Shown: positions 26,080 through 34,665 of the stretch, piece after piece | Position numbering within the stretch: the stretch's first letter is position 1 | Layout of the letters: each line of letters begins with the position of its first letter | Origin: Patescibacteria group bacterium | Lineage (GTDB): Bacteria; Patescibacteriota; Patescibacteriia; UBA9570 | DNA: 64,000 nucleotides | Assembly (NCBI GenBank): GCA_041660305.1 | Contig: JBAZWO010000001.1 | Span: 43,969 to 107,968 of the forward strand | Direction: 5' to 3' | Made by a program: the position numbers and the translations under genes | Notes under the pieces: generated by a model | Database searches by the model: none | Told to the model about the DNA's origin: nothing | The model's input: the letters and a program-made list of their open reading frames with translations, nothing else

Positions 26080-26940
26080 ATGCCAGAATTACCAGAAGTA
26101 GAAACATTAGCCACCGGCTTACGCCAACATATTCAAGGCAAAACTATTAAAACAGTAATTGTTTTAGAGCCTAAAAAATTTAAAGGTACTTTAAAACAGC
26201 TAAAACAATCTGTGTTTAGTAAGAAAGTTACTGACATTGAACGCCATGGTAAATGGTTGGTGCTAAAAATTTCATCTGGCTACGGCTTTGTGATTCATTT
26301 AAAAATGACTGGACAGTTATTATATGATGATATTTTTTTAGGGGGTCATACAATGACTTATGAAAAAATTAATAAATTACCAAATAATCACACTCGTGTA
26401 ATTTTTGAATTTACCGATAAATCAAGGTTATATTTTCAAGACATGCGCAAATTTGGTTATGTAGAGTTATATAGTGCTGAAGAATTAAAAAATTATTTTG
26501 TGAAGAAAAAATTAGGTGTTGATCCATTAACTAAATATTTTACTTTTAAATATTTTGCAGAAAAATTAAAACACAAACCAAACACTACTATTAAAGCAGT
26601 GCTGTTAGATCAAACGGTTATTGCCGGGATTGGAAATATTTATGCCGATGATAGCTGCTTTGTAGCCAAAATAAAACCCATGCGCCGAGTAAAAACTTTA
26701 ACTAAACCAGAACAACAAGCTTTATATAAAGCTATTAAACAAATTTTAAAACAAGCCATAAAATTAGGCGGCACTTCATTTAGTGATTATTATCAAATAG
26801 ACGGTAAGTTGGGTCAGTATTGGAAAAAGCGCCAAGTCTATGGTCGCACTGGAGAACCATGTTCACGCTGTGGCACGCCTATTAAAAAAACCAGGTGCGC
26901 CGGAAGAGGAACACACTACTGTACAAAATGCCAGGTTTGA
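26080..26940 (+). CDS. mutM: formamidopyrimidine-DNA glycosylase
   Basis: N-terminus MPELPEVE. Also has H2TH-region GIGNIYADD and the C-terminal zinc finger CSRCGTPIKKTRCAGRGTHYCTKCQ. Confidence 0.9.
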   Translation: MPELPEVETLATGLRQHIQGKTIKTVIVLEPKKFKGTLKQLKQSVFSKKVTDIERHGKWLVLKISSGYGFVIHLKMTGQLLYDDIFLGGHTMTYEKINKLPNNHTRVIFEFTDKSRLYFQDMRKFGYVELYSAEELKNYFVKKKLGVDPLTKYFTFKYFAEKLKHKPNTTIKAVLLDQTVIAGIGNIYADDSCFVAKIKPMRRVKTLTKPEQQALYKAIKQILKQAIKLGGTSFSDYYQIDGKLGQYWKKRQVYGRTGEPCSRCGTPIKKTRCAGRGTHYCTKCQV

Positions 26941-27052
26941 AACACTGATGTCACTGATATAATGCCTGCCTAAATCGGCAGGCTGATTACACAGATAATG
27001 CAAATCTAATTAATTTGTATTTATCAGTGTTATCAGGATTTCATCTGTGTAA

Positions 27053-27373
27053 TCAGTGTTTCAATTTCTTTAAAATAAGCTTATACCCACCCTTCCCGTT
27101 TTGCAACCAATGAGCTATGCGAGTAATGGTAGCTGTGCTAGAGCCGGTACGCACGCTGATTTCACGATATGGCACACCAGCTTCAATTAATTTTGCTACT
27201 TGCCAGCGTTCCGTCATGGCCGATAGTTCATTTAGTGTGCATAAATCACGAAAAAACTTTTTACATTCATTAACGTTTTTTAACTGCAAAATCGCCTGAT
27301 AAAGCTCAGCGAGCTGTTTGGAAGAAATGTGAGTTGTTTTCATGGATTTATCATACAACATTATATGATTCAT
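27053..27373 (-). CDS. TrpR-like YerC/YecD-family DNA-binding protein
   Basis: Reads FFRDLCT.NEL.AM.ERWQVAKL...G..YREI...TG.S.ATITR....L..G.GGY. Confidence 0.8.
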   Translation of the reverse strand: MNHIMLYDKSMKTTHISSKQLAELYQAILQLKNVNECKKFFRDLCTLNELSAMTERWQVAKLIEAGVPYREISVRTGSSTATITRIAHWLQNGKGGYKLILKKLKH

Positions 27374-27402
27374 TCACAAGCCGATAAAATTTGACCAAAT
27401 TA

Positions 27403-27737
27403 TTAAACATTGCTATAGTAATAATACTTTTGGCTTCGGCCTCCGAGGCTCTCGCTTTCCGCGAGAGCCGTTTTATATATCAAGGCTATCAATGCCTGCC
27501 AAATTTTTATAAACTCATCATTTGGTAAAGTTCTTATTTTACGTAACAACCTTTTATTGCTTATGGCTCTAATCTGTGTTAATAACACATAGTAATTTCT
27601 ATTTTTATAATTTAAAGGATAAAACCAGGTACCAAAGAACACCACCAAACTTCTCGTTCATGAAAAAAAGGCTTAATGGAGAAATTATTTAGTTGTTTCT
27701 TTAAAACATTCCAATTATCAAATTCTTTTATATACAT
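27403..27737 (-). pseudogene. frameshifted or internally deleted MazF/PemK-like toxin gene
   Basis: ATG at 27737 gives MYIKEFDNWNVLKKQLNNFSIKPFFHEREVWWCSLVPGFIL then a stop. A second frame carries the C-terminal part ..LLTQIRAISNKRLLRKIRTLPNDEFIKIWQALIAL. The GxNxGxEqdGk..RP middle block is missing. Confidence 0.5.
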
Positions 27738-27772
27738 AAAAACGCTCAATTATAAAAAGTGAGCGCTCAATT
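27738..27772 (-). promoter_or_regulatory. shared ~35-nt upstream motif containing the palindrome TGAGCGCTCA (copy 1)
   Basis: The minus strand reads ttgagcgctcactttttataattgagcgttttt directly before the MazF-like ATG. Compare 56580..56614. Confidence 0.6.
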
Positions 27773-28049
27773 AATTTGTAGTATAGCATATACCTGAGTT
27801 ATCCACAAGCTGGTTTGACAAGAATATTTTATTGTTTTAGTGTATTAATACGTTAATACAAATCTTATAATGATTATGAACTTACTAAATCCTGCTCAAC
27901 AACATCACCACACACTACCTTCTAGCTCGTGTCAGCAGATAGTGAGTTGATAATTTTTATTTTTTAAATGAACCCACTCCCCGCTCACATGAGCGGGGTT
28001 TTTGTATTCGCGACAAATGTGTCGCCAAACCCAAACTTGGAGGAAAAAA

Positions 28050-28208
28050 ATGAAAAATGAAAAGTTAGACGCAAAAACTGAAGAAAAAAAAGAAGAAAAA
28101 GAGAAAAAAATTGTTCCTTTTGAAGAAATGCGTGAAGGCGAACATCCTTTCACGCAGCAGCCTACTCCTCAAACACCATACCTAGGTGGTTGGGGCGCTG
28201 TAGGCTAA
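28050..28208 (+). CDS. hypothetical small charged protein (52 aa)
   Basis: GGAGG lies 7 nt upstream of ATG 28050. Encodes MKNEKLDAKTEEKKEEKEKKIVPFEEMREGEHPFTQQPTPQTPYLGGWGAVG. No family assigned. Confidence 0.3.
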   Translation: MKNEKLDAKTEEKKEEKEKKIVPFEEMREGEHPFTQQPTPQTPYLGGWGAVG

Positions 28209-28441
28209 TCATGCGCCGGCGGACGCTTTTCTCTCCTTCCTTCCGCCACTTCCCTATTTGGTTCAGTTAATAGCTGGAACAAAGAGGCAAGAATTTTTTA
28301 TTTTTTCCTTCAAAATGAATAAAAACAAAAAGACCTTCGACCAATTTGTGGTGTATAAACCACGGCCAAAAGCCTTTTCTAGATGAATCATAGCACAATT
28401 TTATTTGACGTCAAGAGCTATATCTATATATACTAACCCTG

Positions 28442-28526
28442 GCTGTATAGGAGTGTCCCGAGTACTCGGGACTGAGAAAACATCCTAACAACTTGATCTG
28501 GGTAATGCCAGCGCAGGGAATATAGC
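28442..28526 (+). promoter_or_regulatory. TPP (THI-box) riboswitch aptamer
   Basis: P1 pairs gctgtat with atatagc. The conserved CTGAGA and ..TTGATCTGGGTAATGCCAGCGcAGGGA elements are present. It lies upstream of the thiamine ABC transporter. Confidence 0.85.
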
Positions 28527-28557
28527 TTAATGGCTTTTTAAATAAACCGTTGGCTAA

Positions 28558-28582
28558 TTCCCTATCTAATTAGGGATTTTTT
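28558..28582 (+). terminator. riboswitch expression-platform terminator
   Basis: TCCCTA-tctaat-TAGGGA followed by TTTTTT. Confidence 0.6.
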
Positions 28583-28597
28583 AATTAATTATTTTTT

Positions 28598-28625
28598 GTA
28601 GAGACGCAGTGCACTGCGTCTCTAC
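28598..28625. repeat. 28-nt perfect palindrome, copy in the thiB 5' leader
   Basis: gtagagacgcagtgcactgcgtctctac differs from the folP copy at two symmetric positions, so the palindrome is preserved. Confidence 0.85.
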
Positions 28626-28636
28626 GCCAAAAAAAT

Positions 28637-29629
28637 ATGAAAAAACTATTTTTTATTCCAATTATGTTACTCCTAGCGCTCGGCGCTGGTTGTAGCAAAA
28701 CAGCAACTTCAACTAACACGCCTGCTCAACCGCCAGAGCTAACGATATATACCTACGATAGCCTGGCGGCTGATTACGGCTTATTGCCAAAAATCATCCC
28801 ACAGTTTGAGCAAGCTAATAACGTCAAAGTAAATGTTGTTACTTTCCCCGATACCGGCACCATGCTTAATCAGTTGTTTTTAGAAAAAAATGATCCTCAA
28901 GCTGATGTGGTGCTGGGTTTAGACAATGTCAACCTAGAAAAAGCCAGCTCTGAACAATTGTTTACTGCTGAATTAACCCCGTTCGATTACGGTTATGTAG
29001 GTTTTGTATATGATTCTGAAGCTATCCAATTTTCTGAGCCTATTAGCTTAATGGATTTAACGAATGAACAATATAAAAATAAAATAATTATTGAACAGCC
29101 CGGTTTGTCTTCACCTGGCACACAGTTATTAATTTGGTCTTATCAAGCTCTCGGCGAAACACAGGCTAAAATATTCTGGGATAAAATGAAAGATAATGTA
29201 TTAACAGTAACACCAGATTGGAACACAGCTTATTACACTATGTTTATGGAAGGCGAAGCGCCTATTGTGCTAAGCTATTTAACCAGTCCGGCTTATCATA
29301 TCGATCAGGAAAATACTGAACGTTATAAAGCTATTCCCATAAAAGAAGGCTATTTAAAACAAACTGAATATGTCGCTATTATTAATAATTCTACCAAACC
29401 AGCCTTAGCTCAACAATGGATAAATTATATGATCTCCAATTCAGTACAAAAAGAAATACCTACCACTCAATGGATGTGGCCAATAGATGCCACCGTGTCA
29501 TTACCTGCCGCTTACAGTAAAATTATTACGCCAATGCCTGAACAAATTATGGCTTTACCGGCTGATAAAATTGCTAAAAATTATGCTACCTGGCTAAATG
29601 ATTGGAATACTACTTTTAACATTAAGTAA
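28637..29629 (+). CDS. thiB: thiamine ABC transporter substrate-binding lipoprotein
   Basis: Lipobox LALGAGC. Has a TbpA/ThiB-like periplasmic binding pattern (LTIYTYDS...VVLGLDN...). Lies downstream of the TPP riboswitch. Confidence 0.8.
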   Translation: MKKLFFIPIMLLLALGAGCSKTATSTNTPAQPPELTIYTYDSLAADYGLLPKIIPQFEQANNVKVNVVTFPDTGTMLNQLFLEKNDPQADVVLGLDNVNLEKASSEQLFTAELTPFDYGYVGFVYDSEAIQFSEPISLMDLTNEQYKNKIIIEQPGLSSPGTQLLIWSYQALGETQAKIFWDKMKDNVLTVTPDWNTAYYTMFMEGEAPIVLSYLTSPAYHIDQENTERYKAIPIKEGYLKQTEYVAIINNSTKPALAQQWINYMISNSVQKEIPTTQWMWPIDATVSLPAAYSKIITPMPEQIMALPADKIAKNYATWLNDWNTTFNIK

Positions 29630-29638
29630 CCCTTAAAA

Positions 29639-29713
29639 GCCCCCTAGCCCCCTAAAGGGGGAATTAACTATTTTTCCCCCTGCCCTTTAGGGAAGGGGGC
29701 TAGGGGGAAAGGC
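29639..29713. repeat. GC-rich hairpin element (locus 5)
   Basis: CCCCCTAGCCCCCT...AGGGGGCTAGGGGG is a 14-bp perfect inverted repeat with inner G/C-tract arms. It sits between thiB and thiP. Confidence 0.85.
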
Positions 29714-29725
29714 CTGTGATTTTAT

Positions 29726-31120
29726 ATGGCTACGGTAATTTTATCAAAACTCTGGTTTAGCACTTGGGAAAGTGCTCTTACTGTAGTGTTGTCTTTACTT
29801 ATCGGCGGCGGATTGGCCTTATTAGAGCACGCTTGGAAACAATCTCCGCCAAGATATTTTACATTATTCATGGTATTGCCGATTTTTATGCCCACTGCCA
29901 TTGTCGCTATCGGTTTTGTAGCCTTATGGGGTAATGCCGGATATGTTAACACATTACTAAGCTGGTTTAATTTACCGGCCGTTCACTTACTGTATACGCC
30001 TTACATTATTATTATCGGCCACTTATTTTACAACGTCCCACTCGCCTATTTAGCCATTCATCTGCGCTTACGACTATTACATAGTTATCTAACGGAAGCG
30101 GCCGTAAGTTTAGGATCCTCAACTTGGCAAACTTTTTGCGTGGCGGTTTGGCCACGCTTGCGTTCAACTGTGTTAGGCATAAGTGTGATGATTTTTTTAT
30201 ATTCATTTATGAGCTTTGCTTTGCCCTTGATTTTAGGCGGTATTCGTTACCAAACTTTAGAAGTATACATTTATACTTTGGTTACTCAACAATTTAATTT
30301 GACCAGCGCTTTACAATTATCTGCCGGGCAATGGTTGGGCTTAACTTTATTAATATTAATTGGCTGGAGAAATAACGCAACAACATCTGAATCACGTTTA
30401 CATTTAGCCGAACCAACGGTTTCTTATAAAATTTGGTGCTTAAGATTAATGCGCTTTAGCTTAATATTTTTTATTATCACGCCTTTAATAGCCTTATTCA
30501 TTAATGGTTTTGGACAAAATCATTATGCCGCCTTAGCTCGTACGCAATTCTGGTCTGCCTGGTTTAGAACATTATCTATAACACTGTTAGTAATGGCAAT
30601 AACTATACTAACAAGTTTAAGTGTGTTGTTATTGAAAAAAACCAAATTAACAAAAATAATAGTCATGTTACTAGCTGTGTCACCGGTTATGTTTGGTGCT
30701 TTAGCTTTATGGCTAATTGGCAAATCTATTTTAGCTTTAACTATGGCTTATATTTTATTACTTTTACCTTTAGTGAGTTATTTGTTGCTTACCAGCTGGC
30801 AGGCGCGTCCACCGCATTTTATAGAAACTCTGCAAATATTAGGAGCCAGCCAATGGCAACGTATCTTAGCTACTTTACGCCTATTAGCACCAGCCATTTT
30901 TAAATCATTTGCCCTTGGTTTGGCGTTTGTGTTTGGTGATATTGCTTTAGCCACATTATTGGCGCCCTATCGCGAGCCATTAGTTATGAGCTTAAGTTAT
31001 GGCTTAAGCGGCTCTTATCGGTTTCATGCGGCCAGTACCGGCATGAGCCTGGTTTTGCTTACTATTATTTTCGGCATTTTAATAATCATGCTGTTAGGCA
31101 AACGTTATGAACACTCTTAG
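29726..31120 (+). CDS. thiP: thiamine ABC transporter permease (duplicated 6+6 TM)
   Basis: 464-aa polytopic protein with two ABC-permease halves. Assigned from operon context with thiB and thiQ. Confidence 0.75.
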   Translation: MATVILSKLWFSTWESALTVVLSLLIGGGLALLEHAWKQSPPRYFTLFMVLPIFMPTAIVAIGFVALWGNAGYVNTLLSWFNLPAVHLLYTPYIIIIGHLFYNVPLAYLAIHLRLRLLHSYLTEAAVSLGSSTWQTFCVAVWPRLRSTVLGISVMIFLYSFMSFALPLILGGIRYQTLEVYIYTLVTQQFNLTSALQLSAGQWLGLTLLILIGWRNNATTSESRLHLAEPTVSYKIWCLRLMRFSLIFFIITPLIALFINGFGQNHYAALARTQFWSAWFRTLSITLLVMAITILTSLSVLLLKKTKLTKIIVMLLAVSPVMFGALALWLIGKSILALTMAYILLLLPLVSYLLLTSWQARPPHFIETLQILGASQWQRILATLRLLAPAIFKSFALGLAFVFGDIALATLLAPYREPLVMSLSYGLSGSYRFHAASTGMSLVLLTIIFGILIIMLLGKRYEHS

Positions 31121-31787
31121 TGTACAACATTGTTCTGTAACTATTAACCATAAATCTATACTCCAAGATGTATCTTTTGATTTATTCACTCCGGAAATTA
31201 TTAGCATTATTGGTCCGTCTGGCTCCGGCAAAAGCACTTTATTGCGCAGTATAGCGAGCTGGCAAAAATATTCCGGCAATATTATTTTGTCTAGCAAAAT
31301 TATTGGTTGGGTAGAGCAACAATCTACTCTATTTCCCCACTTAACAGTTTTTGAAAATATCGCCTATCCATTAAAAATTAGGCACATTTCAAAAAACGAC
31401 TTACAAAAAAAAGTAACTGCTTTATTAGAACGGTTTGGTATAACAGATTTAGCCAAACGTTTACCACAACAATTAAGCGGCGGTGAACAACAGCGTGTAT
31501 CAATTGCTCGAGCGTTAATTTATGAACCAAATTTATTATTGTTAGACGAGCCGTTTGGCTCGCTGGATGCTTTATGGAAATATGATATGTTAAACTGGTT
31601 AAAAAATGTTTTACACGAGCGCCCCATTCCCACGTTATTTGTTACTCACGATCAACGTGAAGCCAGATTTATCAGCAATCGGGTTATTTGTTTAGCTAAC
31701 GGTAATATTGCTTATGACGGCGCTTGGGCTGATATTCAAGCTTGCACTAATCCGACCGTACAACAACTCTTGGCAAAAGCGCTGTAA
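31107..31787 (+). CDS. thiQ: thiamine ABC transporter ATP-binding protein
   Basis: Walker A GPSGSGKST, signature LSGGEQQRV and Walker B LLLLDEP. Confidence 0.8.
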   Translation: MNTLSVQHCSVTINHKSILQDVSFDLFTPEIISIIGPSGSGKSTLLRSIASWQKYSGNIILSSKIIGWVEQQSTLFPHLTVFENIAYPLKIRHISKNDLQKKVTALLERFGITDLAKRLPQQLSGGEQQRVSIARALIYEPNLLLLDEPFGSLDALWKYDMLNWLKNVLHERPIPTLFVTHDQREARFISNRVICLANGNIAYDGAWADIQACTNPTVQQLLAKAL

Positions 31788-31796
31788 TTGTATACT

Positions 31797-32528
31797 ATGT
31801 ACGATATTAATATGCCTAAAGATACTAGCGCCGCTTTGCAAAAAAAACTCAAACAACGCGATAACGAAGTCTGTTTATTGCAACAAATCACCAATACTAT
31901 CAGCTATAATTTAAACTTAGATGAAGTGTTGCGTGAAATTGTAAACTTAGTTTCCACTACTATATGCACCGAATCTTGTTTAATTTATTTAGTACAAGAT
32001 AATACATTAATACTTAAAGCCTATAAAATTCCCGGCCAAACAACCGTGCAGAATGTTATTATCAAGTTCGGCGAGGGTATTACCGGTCGCGTAGCCAAAC
32101 AACGTCAACCAATTTTATTAACTAAACGCGCTTACGCGGATAAACGATTTATTACTATTCCTAATGTTGACATAGAACGTTTAGAAACTTTTCTCTCGGT
32201 GCCGATTATTTGGCAAAATAATATTGTTGGAGTGATTAACATTCAAAATCGTTATGTGAGACATTATAATAAAAACGAACTACAGCTTTTAAACACTATC
32301 GCTACACAAGTAGGCGGCGCTATTTCTAACGCTAAATTACTATCTGAAACAAATATTTTGAAACAAACTATCGCCGCCAGAAAAATTATTGAAAAAGCCA
32401 AAGGCTTGTTAATGAAACAGCGCAACCTATCTGAAAATGAAGCCTATAAACTAATGCGAAAAAAATCTATGGATTCAAAAAAAAGTTTACAGGAAGTGGC
32501 CGAAGCAATTTTATTAACCTTGGTTTAA
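31797..32528 (+). CDS. GAF-ANTAR RNA-binding regulator (paralog 1)
   Basis: GAF block ...FGEGITGRVA...FLSVPI..QNN.VGVINIQN. The C-terminal ANTAR helix pattern is RKIIEKAKGLLMKQ..LSE.EAY.L.RK.SM.S.K...EVAEAIL. The ORF-track start at 31788 is a TTG; the first ATG is at 31797. Confidence 0.8.
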   Translation: MYDINMPKDTSAALQKKLKQRDNEVCLLQQITNTISYNLNLDEVLREIVNLVSTTICTESCLIYLVQDNTLILKAYKIPGQTTVQNVIIKFGEGITGRVAKQRQPILLTKRAYADKRFITIPNVDIERLETFLSVPIIWQNNIVGVINIQNRYVRHYNKNELQLLNTIATQVGGAISNAKLLSETNILKQTIAARKIIEKAKGLLMKQRNLSENEAYKLMRKKSMDSKKSLQEVAEAILLTLV

Positions 32529-32539
32529 CTATATTAAAC

Positions 32540-33226
32540 ATGGCATCCTGTCGACATCAAAAAGAACTAATACTATTGCAACATATTACAACTACTATTA
32601 GTTATAACTTAAATCTTGATGAAGTATTACACGAAATAGTACATTTAGTTTCCAAAACTATGCGCGCTGATTCCTGTTTAATTTATTTAACCCAAGAGCA
32701 CTCCCTAATTTTAAAAGCTTCTAAAATTCCACATCCAAAAATGATTAATAAAGTAGCTATGCAGTTTGGCGAAGGTATTACCGGCTGGGTAGCACAACAG
32801 CGTGAAATAACCGTTATATCCAAGCAGGCTTATCAAGATAAGCGCTTCAAAATTGTCCCCCATTTAGATGAAGATCGTTTCGAAGCGTTTATTTCTGTAC
32901 CAATTATTTTTCAAAATAATGTTGTTGGGGTAATTAATGTTCAAAATAGAAAAAAAAGAATTTATACTCCTAAAGAACTTAAATTAATACAAACTATCGC
33001 CGCCCAAGTTGGTGGCGCCATTTCCAACGCCAAACTTTTATCGGAAACTGTCAATTTAAAACAAGCTCTGGCGGCTAGAAAAATTATCGAAAAAGCCAAA
33101 GGCTTGTTAATGAAACAACAACACTTGTCTGAAGAATCTGCCTACAATCTTATTAGAAAAAAGGCTATGAATAGCAAAAAAACTAGACAAGAGGTAGCTG
33201 AAGCCATCCTCTTGGCATTTAATTAA
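32540..33226 (+). CDS. GAF-ANTAR RNA-binding regulator (paralog 2)
   Basis: Collinear with paralog 1 over its full length and highly similar by eye. Confidence 0.8.
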   Translation: MASCRHQKELILLQHITTTISYNLNLDEVLHEIVHLVSKTMRADSCLIYLTQEHSLILKASKIPHPKMINKVAMQFGEGITGWVAQQREITVISKQAYQDKRFKIVPHLDEDRFEAFISVPIIFQNNVVGVINVQNRKKRIYTPKELKLIQTIAAQVGGAISNAKLLSETVNLKQALAARKIIEKAKGLLMKQQHLSEESAYNLIRKKAMNSKKTRQEVAEAILLAFN

Positions 33227-33247
33227 AGCTGTGTTATTATATGTTTG

Positions 33248-33320
33248 ATTAGCACAATGTCGTGCTGATGCAAATAGACAATGTAGTCTTCTACTCCTAT
33301 GTTAGAGTCGAAGATTTTTT
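33248..33320 (+). promoter_or_regulatory. ANTAR-type dual hexaloop hairpin overlapping an intrinsic terminator (glnA leader)
   Basis: Hairpin 1 (33248-33269) is ATTAGCAC-AATGTC-GTGCTGAT. Hairpin 2 (33276-33289) is AGAC-AATGTA-GTCT. The terminator (33287-33320) is TCTTCTACTC-8nt-GAGTCGAAGA plus T6. The 3' arm of hairpin 2 forms part of the terminator 5' arm. Confidence 0.65.
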
Positions 33321-33339
33321 ATTAAACAAAATTTATTAT

Positions 33340-34656
33340 ATGACCAAAACAGACATCTTAAAAAAAGTGCGAGCCGAAAACGTTACTATTATTGGTTTTT
33401 GGTTTACGGATATATTAGGTCAATTAAAAGGCATTACGTGTCCGGTGCAACGCTTGGCGCAGTATTTGGATGAAGGAATTTTTTTTGACGGATCATCTAT
33501 TGATGGTTATGCCCGTATTGAAGAAAGCGATCTAATTTTAAAACCAGTGCTTGAATCATTCGCTATTATTCCACTGGATGCCGATTCACATAAAATCGCT
33601 CGATTCATGTGCCTGGTTGATAATGCCAAAAATGAACCGTATCATAGCGATCCGCGCAATATTCTGGCTCAAAATGTGACCTATGCAAAAAAACTGGGTT
33701 TTACTTATTTTGTTGGACCAGAATTAGAGTATTATTATTTTAAAAATGATAAAAGTACTGCTTTATTAGATAATGGTGGCTATTTCGACCAATTAACCAC
33801 TCATCAAGGCACTTTTTTACGTGAACGTTCAGTAGAAGCTTTGGAAAAACTTGGCTACACCGTAGAACGTGGCCATCATGAAGTAGGTCCGTCACAACAA
33901 GAAATCAACATGAAATATGCCGATTCTTTAACGATGGGTGATATAGTGATGACGCAAAAATTCATTATTAAAGAAATCGCCCGCCAAAATGATTTATATG
34001 CCACGTTTATGCCCAAGCCGATGTTTGGCCAAGCCGGCAGTGCTATGCATATTCATCAGAGTTTATGGAAAAATGGTAAAAACTCTTTTTACGATGCTAA
34101 AGATAAATATGGTTTATCAACTATCGCCAAATCATTTATCGCCGGTATCATTAAACACGTTAACGAAATTGCTTTAGTAACCAACCAATACGTGAATTCT
34201 TATAAGCGCTTAGTGCCAGGTTACGAAGCCCCGGTTTATTTGGCTTGGGGGCGCCAAAATCGTTCGGCTTTGGTACGCGTACCGTTAACACGTGGTAATC
34301 CAAGCGCCGCACGCATTGAGTTTCGCTGTCCAGATCCAGCGGCTAATCCTTATTTGGCTTTTGCCGTAGCGTTACGCGCCGGCCTAAAAGGTATTGCGGA
34401 AAATTATCAACTGCAACCGCCCACCGAAAATAATATTTATGAAATGCAACCAAGTGAAATGAAAAAACGTGGCATTAAAGCCGTGCCGGCCACTTTAGGC
34501 GAAGCTATCCATTATGCTGAAACCAGCGAATTATTGCGCGAAACATTAGGTCAAGAAACATTTACTAAATTAATTGCCAATAAAAAAATTGAATGGCACA
34601 ATTACCGCCGCCAAGTGCATCAATACGAGGTTGATAATTACTTGCCAATATTATAA
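33340..34656 (+). CDS. glnA: glutamine synthetase, type I
   Basis: The start is moved to ATG 33340 (MTKTDILKKVRAENV...F.F.D..G) because the ORF-track N-terminus translates the leader. Also has GPE.EYY.F, HHEVGPSQ.EI, MHIHQSLW and NSYKRLVPGYEAP....W...NRSA.VR.P. Confidence 0.9.
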   Translation: MTKTDILKKVRAENVTIIGFWFTDILGQLKGITCPVQRLAQYLDEGIFFDGSSIDGYARIEESDLILKPVLESFAIIPLDADSHKIARFMCLVDNAKNEPYHSDPRNILAQNVTYAKKLGFTYFVGPELEYYYFKNDKSTALLDNGGYFDQLTTHQGTFLRERSVEALEKLGYTVERGHHEVGPSQQEINMKYADSLTMGDIVMTQKFIIKEIARQNDLYATFMPKPMFGQAGSAMHIHQSLWKNGKNSFYDAKDKYGLSTIAKSFIAGIIKHVNEIALVTNQYVNSYKRLVPGYEAPVYLAWGRQNRSALVRVPLTRGNPSAARIEFRCPDPAANPYLAFAVALRAGLKGIAENYQLQPPTENNIYEMQPSEMKKRGIKAVPATLGEAIHYAETSELLRETLGQETFTKLIANKKIEWHNYRRQVHQYEVDNYLPIL

Positions 34657-34665
34657 AATATAAGC

